From positions 30,565 through 94,564 of the forward strand of contig DATKNW010000041.1 in NCBI GenBank assembly GCA_035541135.1: 64,000 bases of DNA, read 5' to 3'. The DNA is from Verrucomicrobiia bacterium (GTDB lineage: Bacteria > Verrucomicrobiota > Verrucomicrobiia > Palsa-1439). Both the position numbers and the translations under genes were made by a program. The notes under the pieces are model-generated. The model saw only the letters and a list, made by a program, of their open reading frames with translations, was not told the origin of the DNA and did no database searches. Below, piece after piece: positions 41,845-49,861 of this stretch (its first letter is position 1; each line of letters opens with the position of its first letter).

Positions 41845-42702
41845 TCACTGTTTCGTGTCTGCTTTCTGCGATTCCTTGTCCAGCCGAATAACAGGAAACC
41901 CATCTCGGCCCAGTTCTTCACCGTATACTCCAGTGCGACGCATCGGTGTGAAACAGTTTTCCTTTTCCTTCTTGAGCAACAACAGATAAAGATCTTCAGG
42001 CTTGGGCTGAAAATCGAGACTGAACGAGCATGGCCGGCTGGTGTCCCAATTGTCTGGCGGCGGCCGTTCGTAATAGCGGAACACAAACCTCTTTGTCCCG
42101 TTCTCTCCTTTCAGCACGCTCTTGACGACGAACTCCGTTTCATACCCGGCAAGATATTGGGGTGGTGAACAATCCGCCTTGCCGTGGTAGAGCTCGGACC
42201 ACGTTTTCGTGTCCACGTACCTCCTCTCTGAAAGGGGCCTGGCGATTGCAGCCAAGTCGATTTGATCGGCGGGCAAAACGCCGCAATAGCCAGGATCGGC
42301 CTGGCCGTTAATCGGGGCGAAGCGACCGTCAGGCTCTTTCGTCAAGAACAGCAAATAAGCCTCCTTTTTGGCTGGATCAAACGAAACAAGCCATGGACCA
42401 CTTCGATAAAGTAGTGAGGGATCGCGTTGCCGGTAGTGGTGGAGCACAAAATTCGTAATCGACTGGCTGCCTTTCAACAGTGTCTGGACACGAAATTCCG
42501 TTTCCAACCCCACGACGTCGACTGCAGGGGCAATGTTCGCAAGCACTGTGCATTCCGAGGTGTCTTTGGTCGAAAGGGGTTGAGCAATGACGACAAGGTC
42601 TGCCTGATCGAACCTCTTTTGGTAGCTCATGGTTTGCACGAACCGTGCGTGAGCCACAAGGGCAAAACTATGGATCAGTAGCACTACAGGAATTGTCTTC
42701 AT
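41845..42702 (-). CDS. secreted hypothetical protein made of two tandem ~130-aa homologous halves
   Basis: Signal peptide MKTIPVVLLIHSFALVAHA. The halves align on (E/D)LVVIAQPLS...TEF(R/V)V(Q/K)(T/S)(L/V)LKG...F(V/V)..YY(R/E)..P... and on ...EAYLLFL(T/K)KE.... No family recognised. Confidence 0.6.
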   Translation of the reverse strand: MKTIPVVLLIHSFALVAHARFVQTMSYQKRFDQADLVVIAQPLSTKDTSECTVLANIAPAVDVVGLETEFRVQTLLKGSQSITNFVLHHYRQRDPSLLYRSGPWLVSFDPAKKEAYLLFLTKEPDGRFAPINGQADPGYCGVLPADQIDLAAIARPLSERRYVDTKTWSELYHGKADCSPPQYLAGYETEFVVKSVLKGENGTKRFVFRYYERPPPDNWDTSRPCSFSLDFQPKPEDLYLLLLKKEKENCFTPMRRTGVYGEELGRDGFPVIRLDKESQKADTKQ

Positions 42703-42902
42703 AGGTACATTTGCTCATGCCCCTTTACCGCGTTCCGAAGCGTACGGCCAATCCAAAAGCTCTCGTCTAAACCAGTGCTCCCATATCCACCAGTGTCAAT
42801 ACGGGTCGTGATTTTCCGGGTTAAACTGATAACCAAGCCGAAACTCGATGGTTCCCGCCAATCGTCTCACGACTAGCATTGCCGCACAAGCGGCTTGCTT
42901 GA

Positions 42903-44573
42903 TTACTGCTTAATGATGAATTGCCGCACCACCGGGGTGGCGGATTGCAGCTTTGGCTCGACGGTGCGGCCCCATTGCCACGCCACAATCGTAATCGTCA
43001 ACGGGAATTTTGCACGGGGGGGAATCTTGGTAAGCGTGAGCGTATCACCATCCACTTCCGCAGGGCCTTCGCGAACGTAGAAGTACACCGGCACGTTCGC
43101 ATCGGATGTGGCATTCAACTTCAGTGTCTTTAGGCCGAGTTTCTGATCGGGGATTGGCGGAAAAGTGATCTGTTGCGCGGCGCCCTCCAGATTGCGCGGC
43201 GGCAGGCGCAACACAGCTTGTTGGACTGCGCTCTTGTATTTCGCATCACCGGGATGACTTGCCAGCAACCAGATGTCGCCCATGCGCCGGTCCGCCGGAA
43301 TACTCGCGCGGTTGAAGCGGACCGCAAATTTGTCCGCGGCCAACTGAACCACGGGACCGCTGATTCGCGAAAGCACGACCGGGCCACCACCGGAGGCGTG
43401 GCCGATTGCCACGCCGTTCGTCAACCCGGTCCACTTCGCCGGATTGGTGCCGGCAGGTACTGTGTCGAGGAACGCGCCCGTCAACGTGAACGTGAGGCTG
43501 TCGTCGAGCCGCGGCAATTTCAGACGGATTTGTTCGTGTGTGTTAGGTGTTTGATCTACGATCTTCCCGTCCTGAACGAAGCCGACGAGTTGCGGCGCTT
43601 TGCCACGCTGAGGATTAAACTTCTCCGTGGCGCGCGCCATCTCACCGTCGAAACACCAAAACGCTTCCCTGACATCGCCCGTGTAGGAGCCAAACGGCGC
43701 GGCGACCGCGCGCGGCCCTTCCTCTTTGCGCCAGCGATCCACCAGCCAACCTTTCCGTGGATCCACGGGGACCAACGCTGGCGGACGGTCTGAGGGCGCG
43801 TCCGCCGGCAGACGTTGCTCGCAGGCCTTGCGCAGAAACATCGCCAGAAAGCGCACCAGCTCATCGGAGTAGTCAAAATGCCCATGCCCAACGTCGGCCA
43901 GCATTGCCACCGGCGTATCCGGATGCTTGGCACGAAATTCCATCGCGGGCGTGAGGCGATCTTCCCACCATTCGTATTCGCCCATGACCATCAGGCCCGG
44001 CACGCCCTCGATGCCCCGACTTCCCCAGTCCAGATTTGGACGGCCATTGCCGGTGAGACGGGTGAGAGGCGCATCACCGTGCACGGACAGGATCGCGAGC
44101 GTGCGGGCCTGGTTCCAAGCGGCAAAATTCCACGGGTAACTCGCCATGGCTGAGTGTCCCAACGGCGCGACCGGCGCAAACTCAAGTTCGTCATATCCCG
44201 ATTTGCGCGCCAAGGTCTTCAACATATCGTTGAAGCGTTCGGTGGCCACGTCATTGGTGGCGGCGTTTTGGAAGTAGTCCAGCATCGGCGCAATGAAGAT
44301 TTCGGCAACACCGAGTTCCGCAAGAGTCTGTCGGAAATCGGGATGTTCCAGAATCCCCTCTTCGATCATGTTGTTCTGTCCGACGACAACGGCTCGCACC
44401 CGCCGGCAATTCGGCGGAATCCACAGGAAGGCCATGGGATGCTCGGTCGAATTTGGCAACGTGATGGAATCGATCGGAACCGACCACTGCCATTCAGCCG
44501 CACGAGCCCGAGACGCGAATGCACCGAAAACAAATGCGCTGAGCAGAGCTAATGCATATGCGATGCGGTTCAT
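42903..44573 (-). CDS. secreted alpha/beta-hydrolase-fold-like protein; paralog of the truncated gene at 1..1525
   Basis: 556 aa. Signal peptide MNRIAYALALLSAFVFGAFASRARA. Collinear with the 1..1525 product (WIPPNCRRVRAVVVGQNNMIEEG; LEFAPVAPLGHSAMASYPWNFAAWN; VMGEYEWWEDR; DVGHGHFDYSDELVRFLAMFLRKA). Confidence 0.65.
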   Translation of the reverse strand: MNRIAYALALLSAFVFGAFASRARAAEWQWSVPIDSITLPNSTEHPMAFLWIPPNCRRVRAVVVGQNNMIEEGILEHPDFRQTLAELGVAEIFIAPMLDYFQNAATNDVATERFNDMLKTLARKSGYDELEFAPVAPLGHSAMASYPWNFAAWNQARTLAILSVHGDAPLTRLTGNGRPNLDWGSRGIEGVPGLMVMGEYEWWEDRLTPAMEFRAKHPDTPVAMLADVGHGHFDYSDELVRFLAMFLRKACEQRLPADAPSDRPPALVPVDPRKGWLVDRWRKEEGPRAVAAPFGSYTGDVREAFWCFDGEMARATEKFNPQRGKAPQLVGFVQDGKIVDQTPNTHEQIRLKLPRLDDSLTFTLTGAFLDTVPAGTNPAKWTGLTNGVAIGHASGGGPVVLSRISGPVVQLAADKFAVRFNRASIPADRRMGDIWLLASHPGDAKYKSAVQQAVLRLPPRNLEGAAQQITFPPIPDQKLGLKTLKLNATSDANVPVYFYVREGPAEVDGDTLTLTKIPPRAKFPLTITIVAWQWGRTVEPKLQSATPVVRQFIIKQ

Positions 44574-44582
44574 CTGTGGCGT

Positions 44583-45692
44583 TCACGTAAGTCTGGCCGC
44601 AGCCTCCGCGGTGATCTGCCATTTCAACGGTTTACCGGCCACGAAGCGGCGCAGTTCCTCGACCATGCAGCGACCCATTCGGCCGCATTCGGCTCCCAGG
44701 GAGCCGGCGATGTGGGGAGTCAGCACAACGTTGGGCAGCGTGAGCAGCGGCGAATCAAGCGCCGGCGGCTCGGGATCCGTCACGTCCAAGACCGCCGTCA
44801 GATCGCGCCGTTGACGGAGTACGTCGATCATCTCCTGTTCTCGTATGATCGCTCCTCGAGCCGTGTTAATCAGGGTCCCGCCGCGTTTCATTGAGGCAAT
44901 ATGTCGCCCAGTGACAAGGCCCCGCGTTCCCGTCAGCTTCGGGGTATGAATCGAGACGACGTCCGCGAGCTTGAAAACATCGGGCAGCGAGCACCGTTCG
45001 ACGCGGAGTTGTCTGGCCTCGTCCGCCGTCAGAAATGGACAGTAGACGATTCGACGGATGTCAAATGGGGCAAGGAGTTCCAGGACCTTTCGAGCGACCA
45101 CGCCGACGGAAACCAAACCCACCGTGCTCCGGTATCCGCCGGGCACGGAGCGCGTGTGGTCTGCCCACCCCTCCCCTTTACGGGTGGCGACGGCATAGCT
45201 CCAGAAACGTTTGAGACTGAGAAGGATGACTCCCAGTGTGTATTCGGCAACCGGGACCGCGTTGGCCGCCGACGCGCTGGTGATAATGATGTTACGCTCC
45301 CAAAACGCAGCGCTGGTAATGGGGCGAATTGAGCCGGCCCCGTAAAACACAGCCTGTAGTCTTGGAGACGCCTGCAAAAACGCCTTGTCCATTACCGGCG
45401 CCCCCCAACCAGAAAAGATGACGTCGGCGGGGGCCAGGAGCCAGGGTTTGCGGGCGATGGATTCCCGTGTCTGGAGTGGGGCAACGATATCGACCAACTC
45501 GGCGATCTCGCGTTGTTCTTCCGCACCATAAACCAACTCGAACGCGCCTTTGTCCAGGATGTACAACCCCTTCAGCCGCTTCCCGTCACGCCCGGCCCCG
45601 CGGAAAAACTTCGGGCCTTTGCCACCGAGTGGACGCACCGCCACGCCGCGCACTGTGTGATGTAATTGATTCGCCCGAGCCGCCTTCATCAT
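44583..45692 (-). CDS. D-isomer-specific 2-hydroxyacid dehydrogenase family protein (NAD-binding)
   Basis: Blocks GLVSVGVVARKV (GxGxxG-like), VVSIHTPKLTGTRGLV, VLTPHIAGS. The start ATGATG overlaps the stop of the upstream gene as ATGATGA. Confidence 0.8.
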   Translation of the reverse strand: MMKAARANQLHHTVRGVAVRPLGGKGPKFFRGAGRDGKRLKGLYILDKGAFELVYGAEEQREIAELVDIVAPLQTRESIARKPWLLAPADVIFSGWGAPVMDKAFLQASPRLQAVFYGAGSIRPITSAAFWERNIIITSASAANAVPVAEYTLGVILLSLKRFWSYAVATRKGEGWADHTRSVPGGYRSTVGLVSVGVVARKVLELLAPFDIRRIVYCPFLTADEARQLRVERCSLPDVFKLADVVSIHTPKLTGTRGLVTGRHIASMKRGGTLINTARGAIIREQEMIDVLRQRRDLTAVLDVTDPEPPALDSPLLTLPNVVLTPHIAGSLGAECGRMGRCMVEELRRFVAGKPLKWQITAEAAARLT

Positions 45693-46100
45693 GGCACCAG
45701 TCGAATGCGATAGAACCGGGATGGGGCATTGGTGGCCCCACCGGGATCCGTATAGTTCGTGACCGCCCCGCCCGCGATGGGAAGGACTGTCAGGGAGTTG
45801 ACAATGTCGACGAAGTTATTGCTGTATCCACCGCTGGCGTCGCCGCCACTGACCTGCACCATGTTGGTGCGCACGCCAGCCGTCGTCCAAGCAACCACAA
45901 CATCGCTGGTCTCCCGCGCCACGGACAGGATCCGGAACACCGATGCCGGGTTGGTCGGGTCCAACCCTGCCAAAAACTGATTGGTGTTGCTCATGCCCTT
46001 GCCAAGCGGATCCGCATTGGCCGCAGCCTGTGGGCAATTGGTGCAATTGAAGTGTTGCATCTGCCATTGCTGGAAGATCGACAGGACATATGCGCTGGCC
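45689..46100 (-). repeat. conserved 3'-terminal gene segment encoding the shared C-terminal domain (copy 4 of 4, most diverged)
   Basis: Retains the block ctgattggtgttgctcatgcccttgccaagcggatccgcattggccgcagcctgtgggca, near-identical to copies 1 and 2. Elsewhere it is more diverged. Confidence 0.65.
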
Positions 46101-48235
46101 GCGCCGGAATTCGCGCTCTCGCCACCGGCATTGACCGCCGACACCACATAGTAGTATGTCGTGCCATCGACGACGGTGGTATCGGTGTACGCGGTCGCCA
46201 CCACGTTCGATGCGATGGTGGTATAGGGCCCGCCGGCAACGGTCGAACGCTTCGCGTTGTAGCCGGTTGCTCCGGATGAGGCGTTCCATTTCAAGCTCAC
46301 CTGCGAATTGGAGGCAGTTGCTGTAAGACCCGTGGGCGCCGACGGTGGACTGGCCGTCTGACCCCAGAATTCGACATCCGCCACATTGCAATAGCCACTG
46401 GCGGGACCGAGATACCGCACGTAGCGGTAGCTGTTGGTGTTGGTAATCGCCTGCACCGTCAAGCTCCCATCGGTCGGAGTAACGCTGATTGTAAACAGAG
46501 TCACCGGCGTCGTGAAGGTGGCGTTGGTCGCAGCCTGGAAGACTCCCCCCACCATGCGCGACGCGTACGTGCTCCTTGGGCAATACTTGATCTGCGTGAT
46601 GGGGTACGCATTGCTCAAGTCCAGCCCGGCCCAATCCCCGCTGGCATCCGGTCCGTCAAAGAAATTGTTGAGGCTGCCGTCAAACACGTTCGTGATCGTA
46701 TTGCCGCCATTGGCGTACGATCCCGACGTGCCAATGAGGGTGCTGCTCAGTTTCGCGACATTGGTTGCAGTCACGCTGGCTTCGGACGAATTGGTTGTTT
46801 CACCGCTGGATGACAGCGCCGAGACCACGTAGTAGTAGGTGGTGTCATTGATCAATCCGCTGTCCGTATAAATCGTGCTGGTTGTATTCGACACAACGAT
46901 CGAGTATGGCCCGCCACTAACGGTGGCGCGCTTGAGGTTGTAGCCGGTGGCACCGGCCGAACCCCACCATTGCAGGACGACCGATAATCCGTTGTTGACC
47001 ACGTTTGTTGCCGTCAGCCCGCCGGGAGCGACAACTGATGAGAGGGGGTTCAGCGAATGTGTCAACGTGGTATAGCCCAGTTGGTCATACCCGCCGCTGT
47101 TGGGGCCGTAATTGCCGCCGCCACCTTCCGGCCGCACCATGGCCGCGTATTGCGACGTGTACGGCGCGGCGACGCCTTTGAGATTAACCCAGTGGTTGTA
47201 CCACAGGTCCCAGGTCGGACGGATGTCCCCGAGACTGTTCGTGGAAATCACGGTTTGAATCACCGGGTCGCACGTGTCGTAGCAGACATACGGCACCGGG
47301 TTTGTGAGGTTATATTTGGCGAAATACTCGACCAACATCAACGGTTTGTTGTTTTCATACCCAAACAGATCCAGTCCCTGATTCCAGGCAATCTGGCAGA
47401 ACGCGCCGAGCAACGCGACGTCGAGGCCCGAATGCCCCTGATCGCGCCCTTCCTCCTGACCCTGCCCAACATATCCTGGATGGATATAATCAACGGTCCG
47501 ATCAATGTTTCCGTTTCCGATCCCGCTTTCGAAATAGGTGATGGCTTCGTTGAATTTATTGCTGTCATCACACACAATGCCAATCGCCAGCATCGAGGTC
47601 ATGTTGCACAAATCCCAGTTGGCCCAATAATGAGTGGTGCAGGCATTGTTGTGATTGACGAGAAAATTGTGGTTCAGCGGGTAGAACACATTCGTCATCA
47701 TTTTTTGGAACTGGGCAAAGTTCAGCGGTTGCCAGCCGCTGTAGTTGCGCATCAGTTCTCCGGCACAGGCAAATTCATATCCGTAGAGCCCCGAAGCCAG
47801 ATACTCGTTAGAATCACCGGAAACATTTGTCAGGGTGGAGGACCAGGCATTCATGATCTGCACCGACTTGTTGGCATAATTGGTGTCGCCGCTGCCGTAG
47901 TACCGCAACGCGCACTGATAAGCCGCCGCGATATCGTACATCAAGTCCGGATAGTTCCCACCCGTAGACGTGCGGGTAATGATCGCCTGTGGATCCGGCG
48001 TGTAGTTGGTCTGCGCGTGAGAATTCGCAATTAGGATATTCCAACTATCGATCCAGGGATGATTCCCCGCAGCCACATTGGTGGCCATGCGGTTGAGATC
48101 GGCGGCCGTCTCCAAAGCGCCGGGATGCACGAACTGGCCGCGTGCGGGCAGGATCGCCACCGTCAGTAGGAACAGAAACGCTATTGGCAAGATCCCTTGA
48201 ATTCCGTTCTTCAAAGAAGTTGGCTCTCGTTTCAT
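45689..48235 (-). CDS. secreted multidomain protein with alginate-lyase-like toroid N-domain, FN3, F5/8 type C (discoidin/CBM32-like) domain, FN3 and the conserved C-terminal domain
   Basis: ORF 45689..48364. The likely start is ATG at 48235 (MKREPTSLKNGIQGILPIAFLFLLTVAILPARG). N-domain QFVHPGALETAADLNRM...NHNNACTTHYWANWD...RDQGHSGLDV is paralogous to the N-domain of 7512..12380. FN3 motif LQWWGSAGATGYNLKR...TYYYVVSAL. Discoidin block NVFDGSLNNFFDG...YRYVRYL...VADVEFWG. C-terminus SIFQQWQMQHFNCTNCPQAAANADPLGKGMSNTNQFLAGLDPTN...SRFYRIRLVP. Confidence 0.8.
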   Translation of the reverse strand: MKREPTSLKNGIQGILPIAFLFLLTVAILPARGQFVHPGALETAADLNRMATNVAAGNHPWIDSWNILIANSHAQTNYTPDPQAIITRTSTGGNYPDLMYDIAAAYQCALRYYGSGDTNYANKSVQIMNAWSSTLTNVSGDSNEYLASGLYGYEFACAGELMRNYSGWQPLNFAQFQKMMTNVFYPLNHNFLVNHNNACTTHYWANWDLCNMTSMLAIGIVCDDSNKFNEAITYFESGIGNGNIDRTVDYIHPGYVGQGQEEGRDQGHSGLDVALLGAFCQIAWNQGLDLFGYENNKPLMLVEYFAKYNLTNPVPYVCYDTCDPVIQTVISTNSLGDIRPTWDLWYNHWVNLKGVAAPYTSQYAAMVRPEGGGGNYGPNSGGYDQLGYTTLTHSLNPLSSVVAPGGLTATNVVNNGLSVVLQWWGSAGATGYNLKRATVSGGPYSIVVSNTTSTIYTDSGLINDTTYYYVVSALSSSGETTNSSEASVTATNVAKLSSTLIGTSGSYANGGNTITNVFDGSLNNFFDGPDASGDWAGLDLSNAYPITQIKYCPRSTYASRMVGGVFQAATNATFTTPVTLFTISVTPTDGSLTVQAITNTNSYRYVRYLGPASGYCNVADVEFWGQTASPPSAPTGLTATASNSQVSLKWNASSGATGYNAKRSTVAGGPYTTIASNVVATAYTDTTVVDGTTYYYVVSAVNAGGESANSGAASAYVLSIFQQWQMQHFNCTNCPQAAANADPLGKGMSNTNQFLAGLDPTNPASVFRILSVARETSDVVVAWTTAGVRTNMVQVSGGDASGGYSNNFVDIVNSLTVLPIAGGAVTNYTDPGGATNAPSRFYRIRLVP

Positions 48236-48607
48236 GGCAGCACTCGGGTGGGATGGGATTTGGACGGACTGTCCGTGCCGCCGCCGGAATCCGTGTAGCA
48301 TGTGACCGCGCCGCCCGCGCCTTGGTCGAACCAACAACTCTCGTCGAGCGCAGGGCTCACCCACCCTTTGGCCATGCCAAGACCCGCGCGCACACGGCGC
48401 CCCGCATGGTTATGAATGAAGGCTCGCACGGTAATCATCGAGGCGAGTGCAACTTGCGACAACATATTGGCAGCCCAAAACCTTCCTCGAACGCTTCGCA
48501 CAGGCCGCCGTGGCCCTATCGAAAGCCCGAGAGCCAGCCAGCGTTGCATCCTTGATTGTACGAGACACATTGTAGATTCCACCGGAAAGAGAAACAAGGC
48601 GAAGCCA

Positions 48608-48623
48608 ATGCATACAGGTGCAT
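48608..48623. promoter_or_regulatory. variant of the palindromic motif (ATGCATACAGGTGCAT) in the divergent region between 45689..48235 and 48965..49840
   Basis: Two mismatches to ATGCATACTGATGCAT. Lies in a 729-bp intergenic region. Confidence 0.25.
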
Positions 48624-48964
48624 TATGGCATTTTTCACAATGACGACTGCGCGGATTCTGTCCCATCGGGCCTTGCCAGCAGGCCGCTTTCCCCGGCCTG
48701 TTTGCAAGCGATTCATTTCACAGTGATCCACCGAACGCCCATTTACTCGCCTCGCAACGCAAGAGGAGAACGCGCACCAGTATACATGCCGCTCTTGTTG
48801 CGCTTGAAACACGCGCCGAATAATTTCCGCCGTTAGCGCGACGACAATTCATCGTATCGGCGCCATAAAGAGGGAGGGCCTGTATGACTTGAACTTATCC
48901 GTTGCATAAGGTGACAGATGGAAACAGGAAACCAACAGGATAGTAACCATACCGGAACTGGAAT

Positions 48965-49840
48965 ATGAATTCTCACACTCTAAAGTATATCGTGGTGTTT
49001 GGACTTAGTGTACTCGTTGGCACCGCGGCCCGTGCCCTGACGGTGAATGTCGCTGTCAACGGCGATATTCAAGGCGCGATCAACGAGGTTGCGGCGGCGG
49101 GCGGGGGGACGGTAAACGTCGGGAGCGGCACCGCAACGCTGCAAACGGAACTCGTGATGGCAAACAGTGTGACGCTCAACGGCGCTGGAAATCCCGCGAC
49201 GACGTGGGATCTGGCCAGCGGCGCCGCTGGTGGCGTGAAATCTCCGAGTAGCGCGTGGAGCAACATCGCACTGACAAACTTCAAAATCTATGGCGCCGGG
49301 ACATCAGTCGCCCAGGAAGGATGCAACATCGGAGGAGTCGGGAGCAGTAACAATGGCGGGAAGATGAGCAACATCCAAGTGCTCAACACGGGCTACGGCG
49401 CCGGGCTTATGGCCTGCAATAATGGCAGCGTGAGCTCCTGCAACTTCCACAACAGCGGCATGAGCAACCTCTACCACGGTTTCTATTTCGGTGGCGGATC
49501 GGCGACCGTGATCTCCGGCAACCAAATGAACAATTCGCCGATGGGATCGGGATTGCACGTGAACAACTGGGCGACGATCAACAGCGGTTCGGACAACAAC
49601 AATACGACCAGCAATAACGGGCAGAACGGCCACAGTTTTACGGCATCGACGAGTGATCCGTTCACCAATTGGACAATCAACAGTTGCACAGCCAATAGTA
49701 ATGGCTATGCCTACACCACCGGAAGCGAGTACGGTTTCTACCTCGGAGCCGGTTCCGGCACGATTGAGAATTGCACGGCCAGTGGGAATCGCACAGCCAA
49801 CTACTACACGGGTGCCTTCAAGCAAATCAACAACCATTAA
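48965..49840 (+). CDS. secreted right-handed parallel beta-helix repeat protein, Asn/Gly/Ser-rich
   Basis: Signal peptide MNSHTLKYIVVFGLSVLVGTAARA. Block NVAVNGDIQGAINEVAAAGGGTVNVGSGTA is typical of pectin-lyase-fold proteins. Repeated ..N.G.. turns run through the rest of the protein. Confidence 0.7.
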   Translation: MNSHTLKYIVVFGLSVLVGTAARALTVNVAVNGDIQGAINEVAAAGGGTVNVGSGTATLQTELVMANSVTLNGAGNPATTWDLASGAAGGVKSPSSAWSNIALTNFKIYGAGTSVAQEGCNIGGVGSSNNGGKMSNIQVLNTGYGAGLMACNNGSVSSCNFHNSGMSNLYHGFYFGGGSATVISGNQMNNSPMGSGLHVNNWATINSGSDNNNTTSNNGQNGHSFTASTSDPFTNWTINSCTANSNGYAYTTGSEYGFYLGAGSGTIENCTASGNRTANYYTGAFKQINNH

Positions 49841-49861
49841 GCAGGGTCTCGCGTAACCCCG

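Noticed and set aside
44541-44560. Partial match to the ATGCAT-N4-ATGCAT motif (AATGCATATGCGATGCG) at the 5' end of gene 42903..44573
   Set aside because: It lies inside the signal-peptide coding sequence (MNRIAYALALL) and is only a partial match. It is probably coincidental and not an operator.
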